Shown piece after piece: positions 1-9,738 of a stretch of 64,000 nucleotides of DNA (position 1 is the stretch's first letter; every line of letters begins with the position of its first letter). Made by a program: the position numbers and the translations under genes. The notes beneath the pieces are model-generated. The model ran no database searches, was not told the origin of the DNA, and worked only from the letters and a program-made list of their open reading frames with translations. Source of the stretch: an uncultured Verrucomicrobiae bacterium (GTDB lineage Bacteria > Verrucomicrobiota > Verrucomicrobiia > Chthoniobacterales > JAATET01); NCBI GenBank assembly GCA_963719495.1, contig CAVRCI010000004.1, forward strand, positions 224,001 to 288,000, written 5' to 3'.

Positions 1-174
1 TGGAACGCCAACACGTTGGAATGGACGGTGCCATCGCCTCCGGGACACGGCAATTTCCCGGTGACGCCGACGGTTTACAATGGTCCCTACGAATACAGCG
101 TGCCCGGTATGGAAAGGGACTTCCTGCCGCAGAACGAGGTGGCTCCGGCTGATGCGCGCCTGGAGGCGCACTGA
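1..174 (+). CDS. ctaD: cytochrome c oxidase subunit I, C-terminal fragment (5' truncated by window)
   Basis: Frame 1 reads WNANTLEWTVPSPPGHGNF...GPYEYSVPG...DFLPQ*, the typical CoxI tail; cox assembly genes follow. Confidence 0.85.
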   Translation, partial: WNANTLEWTVPSPPGHGNFPVTPTVYNGPYEYSVPGMERDFLPQNEVAPADARLEAH

Positions 175-182
175 GGGGCTCC

Positions 183-1250
183 TTGAACGTGAACGCGGAG
201 CATCGCGGTATCGGGTGGGGTCGGTTGGGACTGCATTTCTTTGCGATCCTGACAACTCTGGCGACGTTCGTGTTGCTGGCGAGTGGGGGACTCGTGACCT
301 CGCACGGGGTCGGGATGGCGGTGCCGGACTGGCCGACCTCGTTCGGATACAACATGTTCGCGCTGCCGTGGGACCGCTGGGTCGGCGGGGTCTTCTACGA
401 GCATTTCCACCGGGTTTTGGCGAGTGTGATCGGCGTTCTCACCGTAGGTCTGGCGGTTTGGACCTTTCTGCTCGATCGGCGGGGTTGGGTTCGGAATCTC
501 GCGATCATTGCGGTGGTGGTTGTGGTGGTGCAGGGGATTCTCGGTGGCTGGCGGGTGCTGGCGGTTCGGAACGAGATCGGAATTTTTCACGGCATGCTGG
601 CGCAGGCCTTTTTCGTCCTGCTTGGAGTGATCGCGGTGGTGACGAGTCCGAGCTGGCTGCGCGGTCGGTGGGCACCGGGCGCGAGGGTCGGGGCGCTCCG
701 GTGGGTGGCTCTCGGATTGACGGTCACCGTCTTCGTGCAGCTCGGGGTGGCCGCGACAATGCGCCACGCGCACGCGGGGTTGTCGATCCCGGATTTTCCA
801 CTCGCCTACGGTCAGGTGATCCCGGACACGAGTCCGGCGGCGGTGGCGGCGATCAACGAAGCCCGCTACGCGGCGACCGAGATGCCGACCACGGCAGGGC
901 TCATCTGGCTGCAGATGGCGCATCGGGGGATGGCGGTTTTGATCGCAGCGGGAGTTGGGCTGCTGGCTTGGATGGCTTTTCGTTCGGCGCAGGCAACGGT
1001 CGCGGTGCGGTGGTGGGGTGTCGTCTTGGTCGGAATGATCGTCGGGCAGATCGTGCTGGGTGCTTACACGATCTGGACGGACAAGGCGGCGGATGTCGCG
1101 ACGGCGCACATGGCGCTCGGGGCTCTGACCCTTTTCGTTTGCGGATTGCTGACGTTTCGTTTGTTCGCCATGGAGCGCGAACGACGTCTTCCTGAGGTCC
1201 CGACATCGTTCGAACCCGCTCGGTCCGAGCCGGTGGAGGTGGCGGCGTGA
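183..1250 (+). CDS. ctaA: heme A synthase (COX15/CtaA family)
   Basis: GGLVTS..G.AVPDWP, EHFHR, and HR/H heme ligands; multi-TM protein. Confidence 0.9.
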   Translation: MNVNAEHRGIGWGRLGLHFFAILTTLATFVLLASGGLVTSHGVGMAVPDWPTSFGYNMFALPWDRWVGGVFYEHFHRVLASVIGVLTVGLAVWTFLLDRRGWVRNLAIIAVVVVVVQGILGGWRVLAVRNEIGIFHGMLAQAFFVLLGVIAVVTSPSWLRGRWAPGARVGALRWVALGLTVTVFVQLGVAATMRHAHAGLSIPDFPLAYGQVIPDTSPAAVAAINEARYAATEMPTTAGLIWLQMAHRGMAVLIAAGVGLLAWMAFRSAQATVAVRWWGVVLVGMIVGQIVLGAYTIWTDKAADVATAHMALGALTLFVCGLLTFRLFAMERERRLPEVPTSFEPARSEPVEVAA

Positions 1251-2230
1251 GGGATCGCCGGGCTCCCGTGCTGGAATCCGCCGGACTGAACGGGGGAACC
1301 TCCGTCGATGCGGACGGGAAATTTCACTCCACGAGTCCTGACGGAATCGATTCCAACGACCAGAAGGCGAGCCTGCTTTCGGACCTCTGCGAGCTCGTGA
1401 AGGTGCGGTTGTCGCTGCTCGTGCTGGGCACGACCTTCGTGGGTTATCTGCTGGGGTTGGGGGCGGCACCGGTCAATCTGCTGCTGATGGCGGCGACTTT
1501 GATCGGGACGGCTTTGAGTGCCTGCGGCGCTTCGGCTTTGAATCAGTGGTGGGAGCGCGAGCATGACGCCGGGATGGAGCGGACCCGCGACCGCCCGTTG
1601 CCGGCGGGTCGGATGCACGCGAACGACGCGCTGATGCTGGGGGTGTTCTCGTGCGCGGTCGGCGTGGTCTGCGTGGGCGTGCTCGTGAACTGGCTGACGG
1701 CGGTGCTGGCGGTGCTGACGATTGTGACTTACGTGGTGGTCTACACGCCGATGAAGCGGGTGACGGATCTCAACACTTTGGTCGGAGCGGTGCCCGGCGC
1801 ACTGCCTCCGCTGATCGGCTGGACGGCGGCGACGGGTCAGGCCGGGCTCGGGGGCTGGGTCCTCTTTGGGATTTTGTGGTTCTGGCAGATGCCGCACTTC
1901 CTGGCGATCGCCTGGATGTACAAGGACGAATACGCGGGGGCGGGTTACGTGATGCTGACGGGCAAGGACGCCGATGGGTTCGCGACTTCGCGGCAGAGCG
2001 TCCTTTATGCGGGTTGTCTGCTGGTGATCAGTCTGCTGCCGGGGGTGATCGGTTTGAACACGGTGGTGTATTTTTTCGGAGCGTTTGTTTTGGGGATTGG
2101 GTTCGTGGCGCTGGCCGTGAATTTCCTGCGATTGCGGACGCGGACGGCGGCTCGGACGTTGTTTTTCGGTTCGATCATTTATCTGCCATTGCTGCTCGGG
2201 TTGCTGATCGCGACGCGGGCGGGGGGATGA
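1247..2230 (+). CDS. ctaB: protoheme IX farnesyltransferase (heme O synthase)
   Basis: ALNQWWEREHDAGMERTRDRPLPAGR, YTPMKR, GAVPGALPPLIGW, WQMPHF motifs. Confidence 0.95.
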   Translation: MRDRRAPVLESAGLNGGTSVDADGKFHSTSPDGIDSNDQKASLLSDLCELVKVRLSLLVLGTTFVGYLLGLGAAPVNLLLMAATLIGTALSACGASALNQWWEREHDAGMERTRDRPLPAGRMHANDALMLGVFSCAVGVVCVGVLVNWLTAVLAVLTIVTYVVVYTPMKRVTDLNTLVGAVPGALPPLIGWTAATGQAGLGGWVLFGILWFWQMPHFLAIAWMYKDEYAGAGYVMLTGKDADGFATSRQSVLYAGCLLVISLLPGVIGLNTVVYFFGAFVLGIGFVALAVNFLRLRTRTAARTLFFGSIIYLPLLLGLLIATRAGG

Positions 2231-2233
2231 GGA

Positions 2234-2356
2234 ATGAAGCGGGGATTGCGACAACGAAACTGGATCCTGATCCTGCTCGTTTGGGTGGCCGCGGTGGTTT
2301 TGTTGATGGCCGTGATTCTGTGGAAGTTGTACGCCGCCGGCCCGGTGATTCCTTGA
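2234..2356 (+). CDS. 40-aa single-TM small protein in cox operon (not in ORF track)
   Basis: MKRGLRQRNWILILLVWVAAVVLLMAVILWKLYAAGPVIP; purine-rich upstream; fills the ctaB-ctaE gap. Confidence 0.6.
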   Translation: MKRGLRQRNWILILLVWVAAVVLLMAVILWKLYAAGPVIP

Positions 2357-2396
2357 CGACGCCCGGATTTTTTCAGCTTATTACCAACTCGAATTC

Positions 2397-3050
2397 ATGA
2401 GCACTGCCGCACTGACCCACGACCACGCCGAACCCGAGGGAGCTTCTCCCGCCACCTCCAAGATGGGCATGGTCATCTTCCTGATCTCGGAAGCGATGCT
2501 CTTCGCTGGATTGATCGCGGCCTACATCGTGTTGCGCGGGCCGGCGAGTGTCTGGCCGCCGGAAGGTGCGCCGGACATCGGTCTGGTATTCCCTCCGAAC
2601 CTTTTGAACTGGGTGATGATCGTGAACTCGGTCATCCTGATCTCGAGTAGTTTCGCGTTGCACTTTTCCGAGGTGCAGATCGCCAAACACGGGAAGTCGG
2701 GTCTGCCGATGTTGGCGCTGACGATTCTATTGGGTTCGATCTTCCTAAGTGTTCAGGCGTGGGAGTGGATGCACCTCAAACACGAAGGCATGTGGTTCCC
2801 CGGCTTTGGTGAGGGCGAACACGCCGGGCAGCTGTTTGGCATCTATGGAACGACGTTTTTCGTGACGACGGGCTTTCACGGTCTGCACGTGTTTGTCGGT
2901 CTGCTGCTGTTGGTGTGGTGCTTTCTCAAGCAGCTCTTCACGCGGTGCTACACCCGGGAGCGGCACATTTCGTTGAACAACGTGAGTCTCTACTGGCACT
3001 TCGTGGACGTGGTCTGGATCGTGGTTTACTTCGCGCTCTACGTCGTTTGA
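2397..3050 (+). CDS. ctaE: cytochrome c oxidase subunit III
   Basis: FLISEAMLF, TGFHGLHV, YWHFVDVVW motifs. Confidence 0.95.
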   Translation: MSTAALTHDHAEPEGASPATSKMGMVIFLISEAMLFAGLIAAYIVLRGPASVWPPEGAPDIGLVFPPNLLNWVMIVNSVILISSSFALHFSEVQIAKHGKSGLPMLALTILLGSIFLSVQAWEWMHLKHEGMWFPGFGEGEHAGQLFGIYGTTFFVTTGFHGLHVFVGLLLLVWCFLKQLFTRCYTRERHISLNNVSLYWHFVDVVWIVVYFALYVV

Positions 3051-3054
3051 TCGG

Positions 3055-3708
3055 TTGGACGAAATGACGGATTCACCGCGCCGGATCCCGCGGCTGGGCT
3101 GGGCGATCGCCTTCGTGGTGGCCGTGACGTTGATTGGAGTGACGTGGGTGCAGCTCAAGCAGACGACTCCAGCTTCGGAGGATCTGGAGGTGCTGGCGAC
3201 CGTCCCGGAGTTTTCGTTCACCGACCAGACCGGCTGGGCTTTTGGGTCGAAGGATTTGGAGGGCGACGTCTGGGTGGTGGACTTCATTTTCACGCGATGC
3301 GGCGGCCCGTGCCCGGTGATGACGAGTCGGATGGGGGAATTGCAATCGGCGCTCGAGCCGGTGATCCGCAAGACGGGCGGCGGAGTGCGCCTGGTCAGTG
3401 TGACGGTCGATCCCGAGCACGACACGCCGGAGGTGCTGCGCGCCTACGCGGACAAATACGGGGCGGACCCGGAGCTTTGGAAATTTCTGACGGGTGACCC
3501 GGCGGCGGTGACCGAGTTTGTGCGGAAGGGAATGCTGCAGCCGCTGGCGAAGGGGAGCGACGAGTTGCCGATTCACTCGCAGAGGTTTTTGGTGGTGGAT
3601 GCCGAGGGTCGAATTCGGAGTTACCACGACCTGAACGACGGCGAATTGATCCCCCAGCTTCTCATGGACATCGGCGGACTCATGCGCGAGCGTAACGGAT
3701 CGAGATGA
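3055..3708 (+). CDS. SCO1/SenC copper chaperone
   Basis: FIFTRCGGPCP (CxxxC), VTVDPEHDTPE, conserved His in IHS. Confidence 0.92.
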   Translation: MDEMTDSPRRIPRLGWAIAFVVAVTLIGVTWVQLKQTTPASEDLEVLATVPEFSFTDQTGWAFGSKDLEGDVWVVDFIFTRCGGPCPVMTSRMGELQSALEPVIRKTGGGVRLVSVTVDPEHDTPEVLRAYADKYGADPELWKFLTGDPAAVTEFVRKGMLQPLAKGSDELPIHSQRFLVVDAEGRIRSYHDLNDGELIPQLLMDIGGLMRERNGSR

Positions 3709-3998
3709 CGATGCAGCGGATAACAATGAAGATGGGACGCGGGATCAAAGTGGTGCTGGCCACGATGGTTTTGGCTGGTTCCGCTTGGTTTGGCGCGGTG
3801 CCGGCGGCGGCTTGTCCGGGGTGCCAGACGCAGGGGCAGGTGGTCGAATTGGACGAGCCCCAAACGGTGTCGGCGAGCATGGCGCTGTCGTGGAGCGTGT
3901 TGTTCTTGTTGATCGTGCTGGCCGGGGTGGGGGGATTTCTGGGGGTCTACATCAAGAAGACAGTGGCCCGGGTGGACCTGGAGAATGCGCGCCGGTGA
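3705..3998 (+). CDS. small exported/membrane protein with CxxC
   Basis: Signal peptide ending AAA, then CPGC, C-terminal TM helix; overlaps the SCO stop. Confidence 0.7.
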   Translation: MTMQRITMKMGRGIKVVLATMVLAGSAWFGAVPAAACPGCQTQGQVVELDEPQTVSASMALSWSVLFLLIVLAGVGGFLGVYIKKTVARVDLENARR

Positions 3999-4405
3999 CG
4001 GCGGAAACCCGGTCAGGCCTGGAGCACCCCGGGGTGCTCGACGCTTGCGCGTTCGACGAGCGGAGTGGTCGAGCGGTCCTCGCGATGTTCGCGACGGAGC
4101 CTTGGGGGAATCAGCGAATGGCGTTGCTCGTGCAGGAGAAGCTGAACGCCTACGCGTCGTTCGTGCTCGATGGGGAGATGGCCGAGCAGATGCCGGAATT
4201 GGTGAGGAAACCCATGTGCATCCAGTTGCGGACGGTGCACGAGCCAGACGAGCGGGTGCTGGGATTCCTGCAGATGGTGCGGGAGCAGCTGGCCTTTCAG
4301 GACATCGAGTTCGAGACGGTTCTCATCGGCGAGGGCGAAGCTCCGGCGGAGGGAGTCTGTGGTTGCGGCACCGGGGGTGGTTGCTGCGGTGGTGGTGGTG
4401 GCTGA
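3995..4405 (+). CDS. DUF6572-like protein with Cys/Gly-rich tail
   Basis: LLVQEKLNAYASFVLDGEM motif; GTG at 3995 overlaps the upstream TGA; tail CGCGTGGGCCGGGGG. Confidence 0.7.
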   Translation: MTAETRSGLEHPGVLDACAFDERSGRAVLAMFATEPWGNQRMALLVQEKLNAYASFVLDGEMAEQMPELVRKPMCIQLRTVHEPDERVLGFLQMVREQLAFQDIEFETVLIGEGEAPAEGVCGCGTGGGCCGGGGG

Positions 4406-4811
4406 TCGGTCGCCGAGCTGCCATTTCCTGCCGGCGGGGCAGATCGTCGCGAGCGAGCGATCGCGGGGAGGGTCGGATGATCGGAAGTCCTGGTTCGGAC
4501 GCGCTTCCGATCATCGCTCGAGACCGGCTTGCGTGGCAGTTGGCAGGCGTTTCCAAGACGCTGTAAATAAATCCAAGTGGGGTGGTAGCGTGCGTTCTCC
4601 GCACTGCTCGTCGGGCGGAAGTGCCGGTTTTCTATCAGTTCGCAGATGCCTCCCCGAAGGTAGGATTTGCAGTAATTGGTCGCCGGGTCGGCAGCATTGA
4701 GTTCGAGTCGTATCGTAGCCTCTGAAATTCAGCATGAAAGATGCGAAAATTCCCAATTCATAACAACTTATGCGTCAACTTTGTTTTCCGAAATATTGAC
4801 GGCGCGCAGTA

Positions 4812-4875
4812 TAACGGGACCGAGTAACCCCAGCCAGCGAAGCGGCTAAGGGTTGGCTGCAGCGCCTTGTTGGGC
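4812..4875 (-). other. partial attC site (R'' box, left arm and middle)
   Basis: On the minus strand GCCCAAC (RYYYAAC) followed by AAGGCGCTGCAGCCAACCCT, 1 nt after the toxin stop. Confidence 0.75.
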
Positions 4876-4876
4876 C

Positions 4877-5161
4877 TCATTTGTAGTGCGTCCACATGCG
4901 TAGAACTTTCACAATCTTCTGTTCGCCGATCACTTGGTAAACCAGTCGATGTTGAATGTTGATACGTCTGGAATATGCTCCTGCGAGATCACCAACAAGT
5001 AGTTCAAACGGGGGCGGGGATCTGAATGGATCTTCCGAAAGAATCTCTATTAGATCTTCCGCCTTTGAGCGATGTTGGGATCGGCTGAGTTTCTTGGCAT
5101 CCTTCTGAGCTTGTTTCGTGTAAACGAGGGTAAAGGTCACCACGAGAGAGCTGTGCTGCAC
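4877..5161 (-). CDS. yoeB: Txe/YoeB family toxin (true start probably GTG near 5140)
   Basis: LVYTKQAQKDAKKL...PPFELLVGDLAGAYSRRINIQHRLVYQV...LRMWTHY. Confidence 0.92.
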   Translation of the reverse strand: MQHSSLVVTFTLVYTKQAQKDAKKLSRSQHRSKAEDLIEILSEDPFRSPPPFELLVGDLAGAYSRRINIQHRLVYQVIGEQKIVKVLRMWTHYK

Positions 5162-5379
5162 TCTTCAATGGGGGTCGCGAGACCTTCGATAATGGAGTCC
5201 CGCATTCCCTTCATTGAGGTAAGATAAAAGGTTTCTTCAATTGCGCGCCAGTCGACTTCCGAAATGAGAACCGCGTTACCGCGCTTCCCCGTGATCTGGA
5301 TCGGTTCGTGGGACGATGCGACGTCATCCAATAATTGGTAGATTTTCGTGCGCGCTTCCGTGGCTGTTATCGTCTGCAT
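5137..5379 (-). CDS. yefM: Phd/YefM family antitoxin
   Basis: ITATEARTKIYQLLD...EPIQITGKRGNAVLISE.DW.AIEET; overlaps the toxin start. Confidence 0.92.
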   Translation of the reverse strand: MQTITATEARTKIYQLLDDVASSHEPIQITGKRGNAVLISEVDWRAIEETFYLTSMKGMRDSIIEGLATPIEECSTALSW

Positions 5380-5425
5380 GCCGAAACGTGCGCTAAAGCG
5401 TGCGGTGATGGCAACTTCGTAGTGG

Positions 5426-5516
5426 GCTCAACGTCAAGCTCAGCCACCCTGAGCGGACGACCGAGCCAACCCCTAGGTGAGCTGCAAGTAACGGGACCGA
5501 GCAACCCCAGCCAGCG
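5426..5516 (-). other. partial attC site (middle, right arm and R' box)
   Basis: On the minus strand AGGGTGGCTGAGCTTGAC-GTTGAGC (GTTRRRY) upstream of the antitoxin; complementary to the arm at 4849-4875. Confidence 0.75.
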
Positions 5517-6535
5517 CAAGAATTTGACGGTGAATTGGGAGAGGTTCAGGGCGGCAGCGCGCAGGGAGGGAAAAGCGCGACCGGCGGCGGCGGCAAGGGC
5601 GATTCGGGAGTCGATGCGCTGGTGGCGGCGTTGCGGTTCGGCGATGAGACCGGAAGGGAGGGTCGTTTGGTTGGTTTGAAGGAACTTTGGTGACCGCGGT
5701 CGGGTTTGGCGTTGCCGCTGATCGAGGTGCACGGGTTGCACTTGCCGAAAGTTGCCGGGTGGGATATCCAGTTGCCTGTGAGGAATCGATCGATGGCCGC
5801 AGTCTTGGTCTCGTTTGCGCTGGCGGGCGCGGCGGGTGCGTTCGGTCAGGTCGAATCGATCGTGGCTGGTAAGGAGCGCGGCGAGCGGGGTCTTCCCGCT
5901 TCGGCGGCGGGGCAATTCATTGATTCAGCTGAGGTGCGGGTCGCTGGGCATCGGGATCGGGGGGGCTCCGAGTGTCGTGGCGCTGTTTTTGGTGACCGCG
6001 GGAGGACTGTTGTTTCGATTTGGCGACCGTCTCGCGGAAGGGTTGAGCGGGTTGGTTGGGGGACCGAATTTCGATCAAGTCGGACGAAGGTGGAGTCGGC
6101 GGAGCGGGAGGAGAACCGGAGGTCGCCCGGCCAATCGGCGCTTCGACCGGGATCCGAAGTCTCCGTCGATGATGAGATCCCGTGCGATCATGACCGGTCC
6201 CCGCGCGGCGGGAGACGGGCCGCGAAGCGGTCGCGTCCGAGGTCCCGACCGACTCGGTGCGGCTGGTCCGGGCCGCGTCGGCCGTGGGGGTGCGACCCGG
6301 CTGCGGGGTCGCTCCGGGAGCTCCTCGCGGAAGCGCGGACCCGCATGGTAGGTGCGGGTGTGATCGAAAGCGCGTCCTGATCGGAAGAAGAATCTCGTGA
6401 ACGCCAACAACGTCTGACCGAGGGGACGGCAGGAGGCTGGTGACGAGTCCGTGGGAGATCGCCACGGTCCAAGGCCTCGCAGCATCGGGTCTCCCGCCTC
6501 ATCCAGACGCCCCCCCCCAATTCCCGCGGAGTCTA

Positions 6536-6569
6536 CCGATAGAACGTAACGGCCGTTACGTTTTATCGG
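6536..6569. repeat. 34-bp near-perfect palindrome
   Basis: CCGATAGAACGTAACGG|CCGTTACGTTTTATCGG, one mismatch. Confidence 0.9.
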
Positions 6570-6582
6570 GAGCAGATTCAAT

Positions 6583-6620
6583 CGTTCGTTCGTTCGTTCG
6601 TTCGTTCGTTCATTCGTTCG
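6583..6620. repeat. (CGTT)n tetranucleotide microsatellite
   Basis: 7 perfect CGTT units then CATT CGTT CG. Confidence 0.95.
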
Positions 6621-6718
6621 CTTGCCACTCCCCGTCCGGGGACCCCCGGATCCGCGGCGTTCCGACGGGCAAGCTCCGGCTCGCCAGCAGTAAGGCACGG
6701 GCTCTTCCGAGGACCTCG

Positions 6719-6780
6719 CCACCAAGCCATTACCTGTAAAATGTAACGGTCGTCAGATTTTACAGGTAATGGATTGGTGG
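6719..6780. repeat. long inverted repeat
   Basis: CCATTACCTGTAAAAT (6727-6742) / ATTTTACAGGTAATGG (6757-6772), extended by CCACCAA/TTGGTGG. Confidence 0.9.
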
Positions 6781-7034
6781 GGCGCTCTGCCGCCAACTCC
6801 GAGGGTGCCCGGAGATTTGCTTCTCCGCGCGGGTGGTATCATGGCCACCCGAGGTGGCTTTACCCGCGGCTCGACGCGGGCTGGCTCGTTGATCCCAATC
6901 TCACTCGCACCTTTGGGCTCAGCCTTGGACGCACTTTTAATCACACCCGGTAGGTGCCCGAAAGCGCCTTTGCCATTGCCCGGTTGGCCGTTTCCCGGTA
7001 GTCATTTGCGCGGCCCAGCGTCCCCAATACCCCT

Positions 7035-9119
7035 ATGAACCTAGCAGCATCTTTTCTCACCGCGTCCGCCATTCCGTTTTCGATCCTTTGTGGGCTGGGC
7101 GGTTTGGCCGTGGCGTTCTTCCTCATCAAATCCATCCTCGCGGCTCCGGCTGGGAACGAGAAGATGGCGCAGATCGCGAAGGCGGTGCAGGAGGGCGCGC
7201 AGGCTTACCTGAATCGGCAGATCATCACGATCAGCGCGATTGCGGCGGTCATCTTTGTTCTGCTGCTGATCCTCAAGGATTTTTCGACCGGTCTTGGTTT
7301 CGTGATCGGCGCGGCTTGCTCGCTGGCGGCTGGGTTCGTTGGGATGCGGATCGCGGTGCTGGCGAACGTGCGGACGGCGCAGGCGGCGACGGTCGGTCGG
7401 TTCGAAGCGCTGAAGGTGGCGTTCAACGGCGGGGCGGTGACGGGGTTGCTCGTGGTCGGGCTCGCGCTGTTGGCCGTGGGTGGATACTTCGCTCTGGCGA
7501 ACGCGGTGCTCGGGATGGGACCCGCGATCACGAGCTTGATCGGGCTGGCTTTGGGCTCGAGTTTGATTTCGGTCTTTGCGCGGCTCGGGGGCGGCATCTA
7601 CACGAAGGCGGCGGATGTCGGCGCGGATCTGGTGGGGAAGATCGAAAGTAATCTCGACGAGGATGATCCCCGGAATCCGGCGACGATCGCGGACAACGTG
7701 GGCGATAACGTCGGGGATTGCGCGGGCATGGCGGCGGACGTGTTCGAGACTTACGCGGTGAGTCTGATCGGCGCGATGCTGGTCGGGTTCCTGCTCATGC
7801 CGGATCTGGCGCACGAGGCGATCTCGTATCCGTTCCTGATCGGTGGCGTTTCGTTGATCGGGTCGGTGCTGGGCATTTTCTTCGTGAACAAATTCCGGGG
7901 TAATGCCTCGGTTTCCCTGATGACGTCCGTGGCGGTGAGCGCGGTGGTGTCGGCGGTGCTCTACATCCCGGTCACGTTCGGGCTTTTCCCGGCGGTGTTC
8001 ACGGTCGGCGGTGAGATCTACACGCGCGGCGGCCTCTACTGGTGCGCGATCATCGGGTTGGTGCTGACGGGTGCGATCGTTCTGATCACGAATTATTTCA
8101 CGTCCACGAAATACTATCCGGTGAAAAAAATCGCGCGCGCCTCGGAGACGGGTCACGCCACGAACATCATCGCCGGACTGGCGGTGGGGAATCACGCCAC
8201 GGCGGCGCCGGTCATTCTGATCGTCATCGCTATTCTGATGAGCTTCTCGTTCGGTGGGTTGTTCGGCGTCGCGGTCGCGGTGATGAGCATGTTGTCGCTG
8301 TCGGGGATCATCATTTCGCTCGATGCGTTTGGGCCGATCACGGACAACGCCGGTGGGATCGCGGTGATGAGCGAGATGGATCCGGAGGTTCGCGAAATCA
8401 CGGATGATCTCGACGCGGTCGGGAATACGATGAAGGCCGTGACCAAGGGCTACGCGATCGCGTCGGCCGGGTTGGCGGCGTTGGTTCTCTTCGGGTCCTA
8501 CGTTTACGAATTGCGGGCTCACCTCGCGGAGACCGCTCCGGCGATGTTGGACGGGCTGACGTTTTCGCTGATGGATCCCCGGGTGCTCACGGGATTGTTG
8601 ATCGGCGGTTTGCTGCCCTACGTGTTCTCGGCGTTCAGCATGGACGCGGTCGGCAAGACGGCGGGTGCGGTCGTGGTCGAGGTGCGGCGTCAGCTCGAGG
8701 CGAAGCCGGGGATTTTGCGGGGTGAGGAGTTGCCGGATTACGGACGGTGCGTGGCGATCGTGACGGGCGCGGCGCTGCGCGAGATGATCGTGCCGGCTTT
8801 GTTGCCAATCGTGGTGGTGGTGCTGGTCGCAGCGATTCCGGGTCTTGGGATGCTGGCGCTGGGTGGAATGCTCTTGGGCACGATTGTGACGGGGTTGTTT
8901 CAGGCGATTGCGATGACTTCGAGCGGCGGGGCCTGGGACAACGCCAAGAAATACATCGAAGAGGGAAATCTCGGTGGCAAGGGTTCGCCGGCGCACGCCG
9001 CGGCGGTGACTGGTGATACGGTGGGTGATCCCTACAAGGATACTTCCGGGCCGGCGATCAATCCGATGATCAAGGTCGTGAACATCGTGGCGATCTTGCT
9101 GATTCCGGTGTTTTTCTGA
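7035..9119 (+). CDS. hppA: membrane-bound H+-translocating pyrophosphatase, predicted K+-independent
   Basis: [38 protein letters not shown]; Lys in GNTMKA marks the K+-independent type. Confidence 0.96.
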   Translation: MNLAASFLTASAIPFSILCGLGGLAVAFFLIKSILAAPAGNEKMAQIAKAVQEGAQAYLNRQIITISAIAAVIFVLLLILKDFSTGLGFVIGAACSLAAGFVGMRIAVLANVRTAQAATVGRFEALKVAFNGGAVTGLLVVGLALLAVGGYFALANAVLGMGPAITSLIGLALGSSLISVFARLGGGIYTKAADVGADLVGKIESNLDEDDPRNPATIADNVGDNVGDCAGMAADVFETYAVSLIGAMLVGFLLMPDLAHEAISYPFLIGGVSLIGSVLGIFFVNKFRGNASVSLMTSVAVSAVVSAVLYIPVTFGLFPAVFTVGGEIYTRGGLYWCAIIGLVLTGAIVLITNYFTSTKYYPVKKIARASETGHATNIIAGLAVGNHATAAPVILIVIAILMSFSFGGLFGVAVAVMSMLSLSGIIISLDAFGPITDNAGGIAVMSEMDPEVREITDDLDAVGNTMKAVTKGYAIASAGLAALVLFGSYVYELRAHLAETAPAMLDGLTFSLMDPRVLTGLLIGGLLPYVFSAFSMDAVGKTAGAVVVEVRRQLEAKPGILRGEELPDYGRCVAIVTGAALREMIVPALLPIVVVVLVAAIPGLGMLALGGMLLGTIVTGLFQAIAMTSSGGAWDNAKKYIEEGNLGGKGSPAHAAAVTGDTVGDPYKDTSGPAINPMIKVVNIVAILLIPVFF

Positions 9120-9372
9120 TTCGCTGAACGACGGTTGCTTGGTCGTCCATTTTTGGTGGGGGGAGTGTCCGGCTGGGGCCGGATTGGGTTGGGTCGGCAG
9201 CCGGAGTGGAGCGGAGACGGGCGAAGCCAATTGCAAATCGCCGCTTCTCGAGATTTGGCTCTCTCGCTTCGCTCGATTTGCCGGGTTGCAGCGGCGGGAC
9301 GCCGCTGCTCGCACGCGGGGACGCGCGCGCTCCCCGGTTCGGCGGCTGGAAGCCGCGGCTCCTCGAATTGCT

Positions 9373-9738
9373 TTAGCCGAAGATGGATTTTTTGGGGTGG
9401 TTGATCAGGAGGGCCAGGAAGGTGAGGTCTTCGGGGCCGGGGTTGCGGATGGCGAGTTGGTGGTTTGGGGGGGCTTGGAGGGTGTCGTGGGGGGTGAGGG
9501 TGTGGCGGTTTTCGCCGTCGAGGACCTCGGCGGTGCCGGTGAGGATGATGAAGATTTCCTCGGTGTTGGGGTGGGACTTCGGGCCCCAGCTGGCTCCGGG
9601 GGGCAGGCGGTTGATGGCGAGTGGTCCCAGGGGCGAACGGTTTTCTCCGCGGGTGAGGTAGCGGGAGAAGGCTTCGCCGTGGCCGCCTCGGACGGCAGTG
9701 GCGGTGTGTTCGGGTCGGTCGGCGGCTCGGATGATCAT
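9373..9738 (-). CDS. cupin domain protein
   Basis: HPNTEEIFIILTG...PPNHQLAIRNPG cupin motifs; start taken at MIIRAAD. Confidence 0.8.
   Translation of the reverse strand: MIIRAADRPEHTATAVRGGHGEAFSRYLTRGENRSPLGPLAINRLPPGASWGPKSHPNTEEIFIILTGTAEVLDGENRHTLTPHDTLQAPPNHQLAIRNPGPEDLTFLALLINHPKKSIFG

Noticed and set aside
4405..4750. Short ORFs between the cox operon and the TA cassette
   Set aside because: No recognisable motifs or consistent codon bias; cannot be supported
5367..5915. 182-aa minus-strand ORF
   Set aside because: Runs through the attC remnant, has low-complexity composition and no recognisable motif
7041..9314. 757-aa minus-strand ORF, and similar long ORFs at 13988-16633, 16671-18521, 31411-33660, 38544-40679 and 53695-55743
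   Set aside because: Antisense shadows of well-supported genes in high-GC DNA; Arg/His-rich with no motifs
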